The notes under the pieces are model-generated. The model saw only the letters and a list, made by a program, of their open reading frames with translations. It made no database searches and was not told the DNA's origin. Positions 7,843 to 16,819 of a DNA stretch of 61,995 nucleotides are shown in pieces; within the stretch, counting starts at the first letter, position 1; the number at the start of each line of letters is the position of its first letter. The translations under genes were made by a program, and so were the position numbers. The DNA is from Eubacteriales bacterium (GTDB lineage Bacteria; Bacillota; Clostridia; Oscillospirales; CAG-272): contig JAZQUS010000045.1 of the NCBI GenBank assembly GCA_045631445.1, positions 1 to 61,995 on the forward strand. Reading direction: 5' to 3'.

Positions 7843-9054
7843 TTATTGTTCATAATACGGATCCATACTAACTTCTTCTTTATCATAAAGGGGCTTGTAT
7901 TTATCCTGATAATAATTTTCGTGTACTATATTTTCAACACCAAACTCACCGTTTGATTTTATAGTCAAAACCGTGCAACCTCTCTGCGATCCCGATTTAT
8001 CGATATCACTGTATGCAGAGTAGTCAATGCTGTATCCATAGGAGAAAAGAACACCCTTATAATCAAGCACAAAATTGTTTAAATGATCGTGACCAAAGAA
8101 CATTGCTCTTGTGTTGCCAAGCTCAAGTACTTTTTCAAACAAATCATCTCCAAGACGGGATGCAAAAACTACTTCGTCACTTCTATCCTCACCGTCAACA
8201 CCGAAAAGCCACTTAACGTTTTCGGTATCTGTTCTTCCATTTGCAATATGTTCGTCATAAGCATTTTTAACTTCTCTGATCGGAATGTGGAAGAACAACA
8301 AGCTGCTCTTGGGTTGGTATTGCTCAATAATACCTTCATACCAATCAATCTGGTCTTGCTTTATATTATCGTAATTCCAAAAGATAGCATCAACTGTTCC
8401 AAGCAAAAGATCCTTGTGAATATATGCGTGTGAATCAATCATAATAAGGGATTGAGTTACTTCACCTGCAGTATTTTTCACATTGATAACGTGGTTGCCA
8501 ATTCCCGACACGTTTTCAGGGGATTGCTCAAACAAGCAATATTTTAAATCCTCGTTTGCATACATATCCGCAACAGCTTGACGTCTTTTATAGTTAAATG
8601 CCTCGTCATCGTGATTACCGAACGTAACCGTCCAATAAACACCCAAGTTTTCCATCAAACGAATAAACATATTATGAGCATATGTATTATTTATTGTACC
8701 CGTATTGGGAATTGCAAAGGAAATGTCACCGGTTACGATAACAAGATCGGGATTCTCTGCCACAACCATTGCCGCAACGGCATTGATTGCCATTTTATCC
8801 TGTTCCGCATTAGCAAAACCACCTGTGATATGTACGTCTGTAAGATGAAGCACCTTGAGGTCATCGTCGGTTGTGAAATACCAGTTACCAATATCATCTT
8901 TTTGAGGTATTAACTGATTTCCCGATTCCACCTTAAAGGTTTCTATGTATTCAATCATATTGTCATAATTTTTTTCGTTCAATAAATAAAAAGTACCACA
9001 CGCTGCACCAATAATCAATGCAAAAATAAGTATTCCAATTAAAATCTTATCCAT
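7843..9054 (-). CDS. Membrane-anchored calcineurin-like metallophosphoesterase
   Basis: LTDVH, TGD, FGNHD, FFHIP, FGHDH motifs; N-terminal TM helix. Confidence 0.88.
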   Translation of the reverse strand: MDKILIGILIFALIIGAACGTFYLLNEKNYDNMIEYIETFKVESGNQLIPQKDDIGNWYFTTDDDLKVLHLTDVHITGGFANAEQDKMAINAVAAMVVAENPDLVIVTGDISFAIPNTGTINNTYAHNMFIRLMENLGVYWTVTFGNHDDEAFNYKRRQAVADMYANEDLKYCLFEQSPENVSGIGNHVINVKNTAGEVTQSLIMIDSHAYIHKDLLLGTVDAIFWNYDNIKQDQIDWYEGIIEQYQPKSSLLFFHIPIREVKNAYDEHIANGRTDTENVKWLFGVDGEDRSDEVVFASRLGDDLFEKVLELGNTRAMFFGHDHLNNFVLDYKGVLFSYGYSIDYSAYSDIDKSGSQRGCTVLTIKSNGEFGVENIVHENYYQDKYKPLYDKEEVSMDPYYEQ

Positions 9055-9213
9055 AATTTTTCCAATCCTTTTAGATTTATGAGTACCCAACCTCATATTA
9101 AATATATTTTATCATATTTTATTAATAATAGCAAGTGTTTTTTCTTGCACACGTGGATAATTTGTAAAAATATTTATTTTTTAAAAAAAGTTTAATTTTT
9201 TTCAAAAAAGGTA

Positions 9214-9242
9214 TTGACAAATCGATTGACTTGTGGTAGAAT
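9214..9242 (+). promoter_or_regulatory. Sigma-A promoter of the tRNA-Met/tRNA-Glu operon
   Basis: TTGACA(9214-9219)-17bp-TAGAAT(9237-9242) with extended -10 TG. Confidence 0.85.
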
Positions 9243-9269
9243 AAACAAGTCGCAGATGTGCGGTAATAT

Positions 9270-9346
9270 GGCGGGATAGCTCAGTTGGCTAGAGCAATCG
9301 GTTCATACCCGATAGGTCATGGGTTCAAGTCCAATTCCCGCTACCA
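9270..9346 (+). tRNA. tRNA-Met (CAT), elongator type
   Basis: Acceptor GGCGGGA/TCCCGCT, anticodon loop TTCATAC, no three-GC initiator stem, encoded CCA; one T-stem mismatch. Confidence 0.9.
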
Positions 9347-9351
9347 TTTTC

Positions 9352-9426
9352 GGCCCGTTGGTCAAGCGGTTAAGACACGGCCCTTTCACGGCTGTAACAT
9401 GGGTTCGATTCCCGTACGGGTCACCA
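9352..9426 (+). tRNA. tRNA-Glu (TTC)
   Basis: GGCCCGTTGGTCAAGCGGTTAAGAC...CTTTCAC...GGTTCGATTCCCGTACGGGTCACCA cloverleaf. Confidence 0.95.
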
Positions 9427-9432
9427 AAAAAA

Positions 9433-9466
9433 GCAAAGCACCACAAAAGTGGTGCTTTGTTTTTTT
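9433..9466 (+). terminator. Intrinsic terminator after tRNA-Glu
   Basis: AAAGCACCAC-AAAA-GTGGTGCTTT followed by T-rich tail. Confidence 0.85.
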
Positions 9467-9479
9467 GTTTCTCTCGCGC

Positions 9480-9590
9480 TTGGAATCGACCCATCTTTTT
9501 GCGAAGCAAAAATTATGGGCAAGAATGCGCAAGCATTCTTGGTTCTATTTGTCGCCTTGGTGACAAATAGTATCTTGATTCCCGTACGGT
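9480..9590. repeat. tRNA-adjacent multi-hairpin cassette ending in a 13-bp copy of the tRNA-Glu T-arm
   Basis: Hairpins CCCAT..ATGGG, AAGAATGC/GCATTCTT, CTATTTGTC/GACAAATAG; GATTCCCGTACGG at 9577-9589 repeats 9407-9419. Confidence 0.55.
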
Positions 9591-9701
9591 AATGTTTTGC
9601 GCGGGATTGGGTCGCATTCTTGTTTTTATTTATCCTTCAACCATTGACTTTTTTACGATTTTGTGATACCATTAATTGACTTTATTATAAAGGAGAAAAA
9701 T

Positions 9702-10970
9702 ATGAAAGAAAAGCTCAAAAAATTCTTCACATCTAAAAAATTTATTATTACCACAAGTATTATTGCAGGAATTTTGCTTCTCTGCACTTTAGTTGGTCCT
9801 CGCATAGTTCTCATGGCAGTTCGTCAGCCAAAGACAGAAGCTCATAAATATAGTGAGTATTTCTATAACACATACGAGGAAGTCCGTACTCATCTTGCTC
9901 AAAGGGTTGAAAAACTCAAAGAAAGCGGAATTGAAGTTGAGCACAAAACTCACGCAATCGATGAGAGTGACAACCTTTATATAGATAATATCTATCTCCC
10001 CGCAAGTGAAGAAAACACTAACCTTATCGTTCTCACAACCGGTGTTCATGGTATTGAGGGTTATATCGGCTCCGCTATGCTTGATGTCTTCTTTGAGGAT
10101 ATTTATCCCACCATCGACACGGATAAAACAGGTATTTTGATTGTAGCTAACGTAAATCCTTACGGTATGAAATATATGCGTCGCTATAACGAAAACAACG
10201 TAGACCTCAACAGAAACTTTATTGAGGATTGGAGCACATTCGATCTCTCCTCTAACAAGGAATATCCTAAGGTTGATAAATTCCTTCAGCCCACAGGTAA
10301 AATGGGCAACGCATTCTGGCACGAGGTAGGTTTTTATCTCTCACTCGCTAAAGAAGCTATTTTCACAGGTGCAGACACAATTTCCGATGCACTCCTCACA
10401 GGTCAATACGAATATGCAGAAGGTGTTTATTACGGCGGCAACGGTGACGAAGCATCAACAACATATTTAAAAGGTGTTTTTGCAGATTGTATCGATGGTG
10501 AATATGAAAATATCATTCACGTGGATATCCACTCCGGCTACGGTCCAAGATACAACATGGTGATTTTCAATTCCGTTCAGGATTTGACAACCGAAGCAGA
10601 AGCCAAGGAAATGCTTCAATATGATTATATTATAGCCCAAGATTCTGAGGATTTCTATGTAACTTACGGTGACACAACCGACTATTTCTATCGTTTACTC
10701 AAGAGTAAAAACTCCGATAAATCTCTTTATTCCACCTGCTTTGAGTTTGGTACAATTGGTGACGGTTTCTTCGATTCTATTCTTTCTCTTAAATACACAG
10801 TTGACGAAAACCGTCAGCATTGGTATCCAACAACCAACAAAACCACTGCCGAGGTTGTTCGTCAAAATTATCTTGAATTGTTCTATCCAACAGAAACTGA
10901 TTGGAGAACAAAAACAATCGAGGATTTCACAAAAGCAATGACAGGCGTCCTTAACGCAAAACTTAAATAA
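9702..10970 (+). CDS. M14-family zinc carboxypeptidase-like protein (DUF2817-like), membrane anchored
   Basis: TGVHGIEG, RRYNENNVDLNRN, DIHSG, FEFG motifs; N-terminal TM; AAGGAG RBS before ATG 9702. Confidence 0.85.
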   Translation: MKEKLKKFFTSKKFIITTSIIAGILLLCTLVGPRIVLMAVRQPKTEAHKYSEYFYNTYEEVRTHLAQRVEKLKESGIEVEHKTHAIDESDNLYIDNIYLPASEENTNLIVLTTGVHGIEGYIGSAMLDVFFEDIYPTIDTDKTGILIVANVNPYGMKYMRRYNENNVDLNRNFIEDWSTFDLSSNKEYPKVDKFLQPTGKMGNAFWHEVGFYLSLAKEAIFTGADTISDALLTGQYEYAEGVYYGGNGDEASTTYLKGVFADCIDGEYENIIHVDIHSGYGPRYNMVIFNSVQDLTTEAEAKEMLQYDYIIAQDSEDFYVTYGDTTDYFYRLLKSKNSDKSLYSTCFEFGTIGDGFFDSILSLKYTVDENRQHWYPTTNKTTAEVVRQNYLELFYPTETDWRTKTIEDFTKAMTGVLNAKLK

Positions 10971-11017
10971 ATCTCAAAAGGAGCATTGAATCACAATGCT
11001 CCTTTTATATCGCAAAT

Positions 11018-11255
11018 AAATTGTGATTTATCGGGGAGATAATTATAATCGGCATTTCGCGCAAGATCCTTCGGTCGCTTGGGCTCCCTCGAGGATGACG
11101 CACCCATGTGCGTCGCGCGAGATATAGTGAAATTAAGGTTCCGCGCGTCATTCTTGAACGAAGCGTAAGCGTAGTGAAGAATCTTGCGCGGCAGGTGAAT
11201 AAAGGATTTTACCATTTTCATTCAACTAACTTCCCCGATAAATCAAAATTTGAAC
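11018..11255 (+). mobile_element. Palindromic element D: family termini enclosing a GTCATT/GGATGAC-type REP doublet
   Basis: Left AAATTGTGATTTATCGGGGA (11018-11037), right CCCCGATAAATCAAAATTTGAAC (11233-11255); CGCGCAAGAT/ATCTTGCGCG perfect 10-bp arms at 11058 and 11181. Confidence 0.8.
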
Positions 11256-11292
11256 AAATCAAGGGGGCTTGCGCCCCCCATTGTTTTTATAC

Positions 11293-11385
11293 TTATCTGT
11301 TGCAGCAGCAGGTGATCAGAAGAAGCGCAATGATAAGAAGCCAGATATAATCGTTGTCAAAAATGTTGCAAAGGCAGTTGTTCAT
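11293..11385 (-). CDS. Small Cys-rich membrane peptide (30 aa, MNNCLCNIFDNDYIWLLIIALLLITCCCNR), not in the ORF track
   Basis: Hand-translated; ACGGAG RBS, ATG 11385, TAA 11295-11293, followed by GGGGGC/GCCCCC terminator at ~11261-11280. Confidence 0.7.
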   Translation of the reverse strand: MNNCLCNIFDNDYIWLLIIALLLITCCCNR

Positions 11386-11503
11386 AAATATACTCCGTTT
11401 CAATTTAGTAAGCAGGCATTTTTCCCTGCTTCGATATCATTTTATGATGCAACAGAAAATATGTTAAAGAAAAGGTCGGCTCCATTTCGAAACCGACCTA
11501 ATT

Positions 11504-12166
11504 TTATTCAAGATAAAGGGCATCTGCATCCAAAAACGCGTGTGTATTAAGTGAATTATCCGTAGGAATCACTCTCTTAGCACCGCAATCGCGACACTTA
11601 ACAAGAACATCGTTTGCACGCATCTCAAAGCCGTATTTTTCCTCGTCTATCTCACCCGAACGTTCACACTTGCAGAATATTTTATTCTCCGCTTCAAGCT
11701 CAGAAAGAACAAAAATTACCGCTTGTGTAAGCTCGGAATCAAGCGCCTCGTCGTCGTTCTCGGTATTGGCATTCTTGAAAGCAGAAAGGTCACTAATTCC
11801 ATTCTGCTCCATAAGCTCAAGAAGCTTCAATTCGCTTTTAGCAAGATTTGCCTTAACGTAATCCATTTCTCCAAGGAAGCACACGTCAAGATCGGAATAA
11901 GGACACCCAAGGAAGAATTCCTCTTTACCGAAAAACACCTTTGGACTTACCAAAAAGCTATGTGGCTTAGGACAAATGATACAAGGAACGGTAAGTCTTA
12001 TTTTTCCGTCACTCTGCTTTACTATGGTCATTTCACTTCCACCGCAATCACATTTAAGCTTGATCATTGGTGCGGATAATGTGAAAACGTCAATTATACT
12101 CATAACACCCGCGCCACAATGTGGACAGCGGTATGCTATAGTGGTTTGTTTCTTTTCAAGTACCAT
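11504..12166 (-). CDS. Conserved hypothetical multi-Cys (zinc-ribbon-like) protein
   Basis: CPHC, CDC, CIIC-x2-H, CKC, CRDC motifs; AGGTGA RBS before ATG 12166. Confidence 0.75.
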   Translation of the reverse strand: MVLEKKQTTIAYRCPHCGAGVMSIIDVFTLSAPMIKLKCDCGGSEMTIVKQSDGKIRLTVPCIICPKPHSFLVSPKVFFGKEEFFLGCPYSDLDVCFLGEMDYVKANLAKSELKLLELMEQNGISDLSAFKNANTENDDEALDSELTQAVIFVLSELEAENKIFCKCERSGEIDEEKYGFEMRANDVLVKCRDCGAKRVIPTDNSLNTHAFLDADALYLE

Positions 12167-12219
12167 AAAATCACCTATCAAAATGGCACGGACGAGCCGT
12201 GCCATTTTTATTTCATTAA

Positions 12220-14085
12220 TTATTTATTGAAAACCTTTTCAAAGATGCTATCATTGATAGTTACGTTGTGAGTAAGTGCTTCGAACCAAGCATCCATTTC
12301 TTCGTTTGTTGCACCATCATGAGCAGTGGGTCTCCAAGCGGGCTCGCCTGTTTCACCGCCGTAGTACATAATGTGCCAACCGTACTGTGTCTTAACAAGA
12401 CCGATTTCACCTTCTGTTTCTGCAGCATAGAGCCAATCCTCGAATTCTGCAACCATCTGACCCTTAGCTACGTCTTCATAGAATACGTTGGAGTCATGTG
12501 TGTTCTTGCCGAATTCTTCGAATTTTTCCTTGGAAATCTTACCATCAACAAGCTGTGCCTTGATTTCTTCGTAAAGCTTTTCAGCAGCTTCCTTAGCAGC
12601 AGCTTCAGTCTTGTAGTATGTGCCTGTTGTATCAGAAGAATCAACCTTGAAGAGAATATGTCCAACATCACGAAGGCTATATTCATCTCTATGAGCAGCT
12701 TCTGTTACGAAATAAAGTGACATTGAATACTTACCAATGTTCTTATCTGCATCAGCTGTATATTCTGTTTCGTCAAAGAAGTGATCGTTTACAGGAGCAT
12801 TTGTTCCCTTTTCTTCGCCTTCCTTGTATTCAATACCGTACTGATCCTTAACTCCTGCGAAAAGGAACTTACCAAGGTCATTTTCAAGTGTGTAAGTAAC
12901 TGTCTTTGTATTATCTGTAATAACCTTCTTAAGAGCTGTAATCAAAGACTTAGCAAATGTTTCCTTAGCTTTTTCCCACTTTGTCTTTGTTGCTGTTTCA
13001 TCAGCTGTTGTTTCAGGTGTGGATTCTTCTTTATCAAGGTCATCCTTGCCTGCAACAGTTGCAGCAATAACCTTATCCTTCAACTCTGCCTTGTAAGCTT
13101 CAAGCTCCTCTGTAGAGGGCTTATCACCGGAAGCAAAGTTCTTAACTGCTGTATCATATGTGGACTGGAATGCAGAATCATAGTTGAATTCAAGGAACAT
13201 TGTCTTGAACTCTTCAAGAGTCTTTGCAGTTGCAAGCTTATCAAGCTTTTCCTTATCTGCAATCTTCTGAAGGTCATTTGTCTTCTTAGCAGCTTCTTCA
13301 GCAGCAGCTACAGCATCCTTGTATTCCTGACTTTCCTTGCCGCCTTCATACTTCTTTTCATCAATCTTTTCAGCAGTTACTGTGCTTGAAAGTGTGAAAA
13401 TGATATACTCAGCAGAAATGAATTCGTTAAGGTGTTCACCAAAATACTTATCCTCGCGAGCTTCGTCAACCGCGTCAAACTTTCTACCGTGAACGATTTC
13501 ATAGTAATCGGAAGCGATGTGTTCGATAACAAGTGCCTTCTTAAGATCATTAACGTTAATGTACTGACCAAAATACTGACGGATATATCCCTTAAGGCTC
13601 ATGCTATTTGTCTTTGCAGCTTCTCTAAGAGATTCGATGGATTCCTTTGCATACTTTTCAGCCTCTGCTTCAAGCTCACTGTAGTTAACCTCAGGGTCAA
13701 CCATAGCTTCTTCACAATACTTAAGGTATGTGGAAACTGTGCTCTTTGTACCGTTTACAAAGTAATCATAGTATGTTGTCTTACCATCAGTTGTTAACTG
13801 GCTGCTAAGAGGAGCATTGGGGTCGAACTTAATCATACCGAACATGATGTAGTAGTAATACTGTGAGTACCAGTTCTGGTAATAAGAGTTTGCATAGTAG
13901 GACATCATAGAACCGTTAACCTTGAAGTTCTCGGATGATGCGCCCTTGCGGATACGAACGAAAAGTCCCGTACCAGCCAAAAGTGAAACTACAAGTCCGA
14001 ACAAGATAGCTATTGTTACTATCAAAGCGGCAAGAGCAGGTCCACTCATTTTTTTCTTTGTGTTTGTGGGTTTAATCTGTGCCAT
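12220..14085 (-). CDS. Membrane-anchored PrsA/SurA-like peptidylprolyl isomerase (parvulin type)
   Basis: N-terminal TM; GHILFK, KGQMVAEFEDW, GLVKTQYGWHIMY parvulin motifs. Confidence 0.85.
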   Translation of the reverse strand: MAQIKPTNTKKKMSGPALAALIVTIAILFGLVVSLLAGTGLFVRIRKGASSENFKVNGSMMSYYANSYYQNWYSQYYYYIMFGMIKFDPNAPLSSQLTTDGKTTYYDYFVNGTKSTVSTYLKYCEEAMVDPEVNYSELEAEAEKYAKESIESLREAAKTNSMSLKGYIRQYFGQYINVNDLKKALVIEHIASDYYEIVHGRKFDAVDEAREDKYFGEHLNEFISAEYIIFTLSSTVTAEKIDEKKYEGGKESQEYKDAVAAAEEAAKKTNDLQKIADKEKLDKLATAKTLEEFKTMFLEFNYDSAFQSTYDTAVKNFASGDKPSTEELEAYKAELKDKVIAATVAGKDDLDKEESTPETTADETATKTKWEKAKETFAKSLITALKKVITDNTKTVTYTLENDLGKFLFAGVKDQYGIEYKEGEEKGTNAPVNDHFFDETEYTADADKNIGKYSMSLYFVTEAAHRDEYSLRDVGHILFKVDSSDTTGTYYKTEAAAKEAAEKLYEEIKAQLVDGKISKEKFEEFGKNTHDSNVFYEDVAKGQMVAEFEDWLYAAETEGEIGLVKTQYGWHIMYYGGETGEPAWRPTAHDGATNEEMDAWFEALTHNVTINDSIFEKVFNK

Positions 14086-14207
14086 TTTTTATCTCTCCTT
14101 TATAGGCATTAATAGGGTTATTATATATTCATTTTGTTATCACATTTTGAACAAATTATGAACAATGTGTGAATTGTATAGTTATTCTACACTTTTATAC
14201 AATTTTC

Positions 14208-16193
14208 TTAAATGTTCATAATAATTGGCAAAATCATTGGTCTGCGTTTGGTTTTGGAATAGACATATTTTGCAAGGTCGTCCTTCAACTTTGTCTTAAG
14301 TGCAGTTCTATCTGCAAAGCGAGTGTGATCAAGATAATCCTCGATAGTTTTTTCCGCAACTTCCTTGATTTCGTCCATAAGCTCCTCCGCCTCGCGAACG
14401 TAAACAAATCCGCGAGAAACTACGTCGGGACCCGACATAAGAAGCTTTGCATCAATATCAACTCCCGCTACCACAACGATAAGTCCGTCCTGTGAAAGAT
14501 GACGTCTGTCACGAAGCACTATATTACCGATTTCACCAACACTATTGCCGTTGACGAGTGTTTTGCCCGCAGGCACGCTACCAACAAATTTAGCACCCGA
14601 AGCGCCCAATTCAAGAATCTTACCAATATCGGAGATAAAAATATCTCGCTCGTCCATTCCCATTTCAAGCGCAAGCTCACGATTTGCATTAAGGTGACGG
14701 TATTCTCCGTGAATGGGCATAAAATATCTCGGCTTGAGAAGTGCCTGCATCAATTTAAGCTCCTCTTGACACGCGTGTCCTGATACGTGAACGCTTACAA
14801 GCGCATCGTGAAGCACGGTAACTCCATTTTTAGTAAGTTCGTTGATAATTCTGCTTATCAATTTTTCGTTGCCGGGAATTGGGCTCGAAGAAAGAATTAC
14901 CACGTCGTTTCTGCCGATGCTCACCTCTCGGTGATCGGAAAACGCCATTCTGTAAAGCGCACTCATCGGTTCTCCCTGTGAACCGGTTGTTACAATCGTT
15001 AATTGATCCGGACGATATCTCTTGATTTCAGAAATATCAATCAAAACACCTTCGGGAATATTCATATAACCAAGTTCGGTAGCAGCACCGATTACATTCA
15101 GCATACTGCGTCCCGTGATGGCAACCTTTCTTCCGTGTCGCGCACTTGTATCAATAACCTGCTGAACTCGATGAACATTCGATGAGAAGGTTGCGATAAC
15201 AATTCTCTTATCCTTTTGAGTTGAGAAAATATATTCAAGTGATTTTCCAACCTTGCGCTCACTCGGTGTAAAGCCAACGCGCTCAGCATTAGTGCTTTCG
15301 CACATAAGAAGCTCAATCCCCTCTTTTCCAAGCTCACCAAGGCGCGTGATGTCCATTACCTCTCCGTCAATTGGGGTGAGGTCGAGCTTGAAGTCACCTG
15401 TATGGAAAATCTTGCCAACAGGCGTATCAATAGAAAGCGCGCACGCGTCTGCAATGGAGTGGTTAACGTGAATAAATTCAACCGCAAAATTAGAACCAAT
15501 TTTCACAGTCTCACCTGCGCTAACCACCTTTAAATCCGCATTAAAGGGCAATTTGTGTTCAAGTAGCTTGTTTTTAATAATACCGAGTGTTAAAAGCGTA
15601 CCGTAAACGGGCACGTTCACCTCTCGAAGAAGATAAGGAATACCGCCAATATGGTCCTCGTGTCCGTGAGTTAGAACGATTGCGCGTACCTTATCCGCAT
15701 TATCACGAAGATAGGTAAAATCAGGAATTACAAGATCAATTCCGAGCATATCCTCATCTGGAAAACCGAATCCACAATCAATAACAATGATGTCATCTCC
15801 GCACTCGATGGCGGTGATATTCTTACCTACCTCGTTAAGTCCACCAAGAGGAATTATACGCACCTTTGCAGAAGGATTTTTAACAATAGTGGGGATGAAT
15901 TCACGCTTCTTTTCCTTTTTGCCAAAATGATCATTTTTCTGCTTTTTCTGTGTTTTTTTCTCGTTTTTAGGTTTGCTTTCAACCTTTTTATTCACTTCTT
16001 TTTCTTTAACCTTTTTAGGGTTCTTTTCAATGCTTTCCAAAACTTCATTTTGGAGTTTTGCGAGTTTTTCTCTCACCTTTTGCTTGGATGCCTGTTTTCT
16101 TTTGCCACCCTTTTTGCGATTGTGCACGGGGGCTTTTATCTTTTCAACATTTTCTGAATTTTCAGTGTTGTGTTTTTTAGCCAATAGTAACAC
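14208..16193 (-). CDS. rnj: Ribonuclease J with long basic N-terminal extension (start may be TTG at 16184)
   Basis: IIPLGGLNEVGKN, THGHEDHIGG, HTGDFK, HVSGHA, PIHGE motifs. Confidence 0.96.
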   Translation of the reverse strand: MLLLAKKHNTENSENVEKIKAPVHNRKKGGKRKQASKQKVREKLAKLQNEVLESIEKNPKKVKEKEVNKKVESKPKNEKKTQKKQKNDHFGKKEKKREFIPTIVKNPSAKVRIIPLGGLNEVGKNITAIECGDDIIVIDCGFGFPDEDMLGIDLVIPDFTYLRDNADKVRAIVLTHGHEDHIGGIPYLLREVNVPVYGTLLTLGIIKNKLLEHKLPFNADLKVVSAGETVKIGSNFAVEFIHVNHSIADACALSIDTPVGKIFHTGDFKLDLTPIDGEVMDITRLGELGKEGIELLMCESTNAERVGFTPSERKVGKSLEYIFSTQKDKRIVIATFSSNVHRVQQVIDTSARHGRKVAITGRSMLNVIGAATELGYMNIPEGVLIDISEIKRYRPDQLTIVTTGSQGEPMSALYRMAFSDHREVSIGRNDVVILSSSPIPGNEKLISRIINELTKNGVTVLHDALVSVHVSGHACQEELKLMQALLKPRYFMPIHGEYRHLNANRELALEMGMDERDIFISDIGKILELGASGAKFVGSVPAGKTLVNGNSVGEIGNIVLRDRRHLSQDGLIVVVAGVDIDAKLLMSGPDVVSRGFVYVREAEELMDEIKEVAEKTIEDYLDHTRFADRTALKTKLKDDLAKYVYSKTKRRPMILPIIMNI

Positions 16194-16242
16194 TTCCTTT
16201 CTGTATGTAAATATATAAGTTAGTTGAGTTGATTTGTAAGTT

Positions 16243-16757
16243 AAATTGGGATTTATCGGGGAGTTAGTTAAGTAAAGATTTTCGTTCTTTTTGAAAAAAG
16301 AACCAAAAACTTTTTAATCGTGGGTATTAAATTAATCCGCGCAAATCGTAATGTTTGATTGAAATCAAACATTACATAACGATTTTCTCACTGTTGGCAG
16401 GCAGTTCGAAAATCTGTGATTTGCTAATGCCCAACGTAGCCATTTTGTTATCAAAACAGTTTATATCTGTAGGGGAGGGGTCTTCCCTCCCGTTGATATA
16501 ATGCGGGCGCACGGAGTGCTCCCCTACGAAGATTGTTCTTAGACATTTTGCTATTAAAACGGCTATGTGCAGAGTAGCAAAGCGCAGTTTCATTGTTTTC
16601 TCGAAAACAAAGAAACATTTGTGACGAGCGCGAAGAAGTGAGTCACGCGCATTGCGCGGTCTAAATTATTACCCACCTATAAAAGTTTTTTGCGAGCTTT
16701 TTTTCAAAAAAGCGAAAATTTTTACTTAACTAACTACTCGACAAATCAAAATTTGAA
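16243..16757 (+). mobile_element. Composite palindromic element E (MITE/REPIN-like, non-autonomous)
   Basis: Termini 16243-16262 and 16739-16757; ~65-bp inverted arms; GTAG REP doublet 16469-16492 and 16503-16527. Confidence 0.85.
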
Positions 16758-16819
16758 AAATCTTTATATCGTTTCAAAATATTGTCAATACTAATGATAA
16801 AAAAATGAAAGGTTACAAT

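Noticed and set aside
9285-9570. Three ORFs over the tRNA pair
   Set aside because: They overlap two clear tRNA genes
11269-11550. 93-aa plus-strand ORF
   Set aside because: Antisense to the better-supported 30-aa peptide, which has an RBS and terminator
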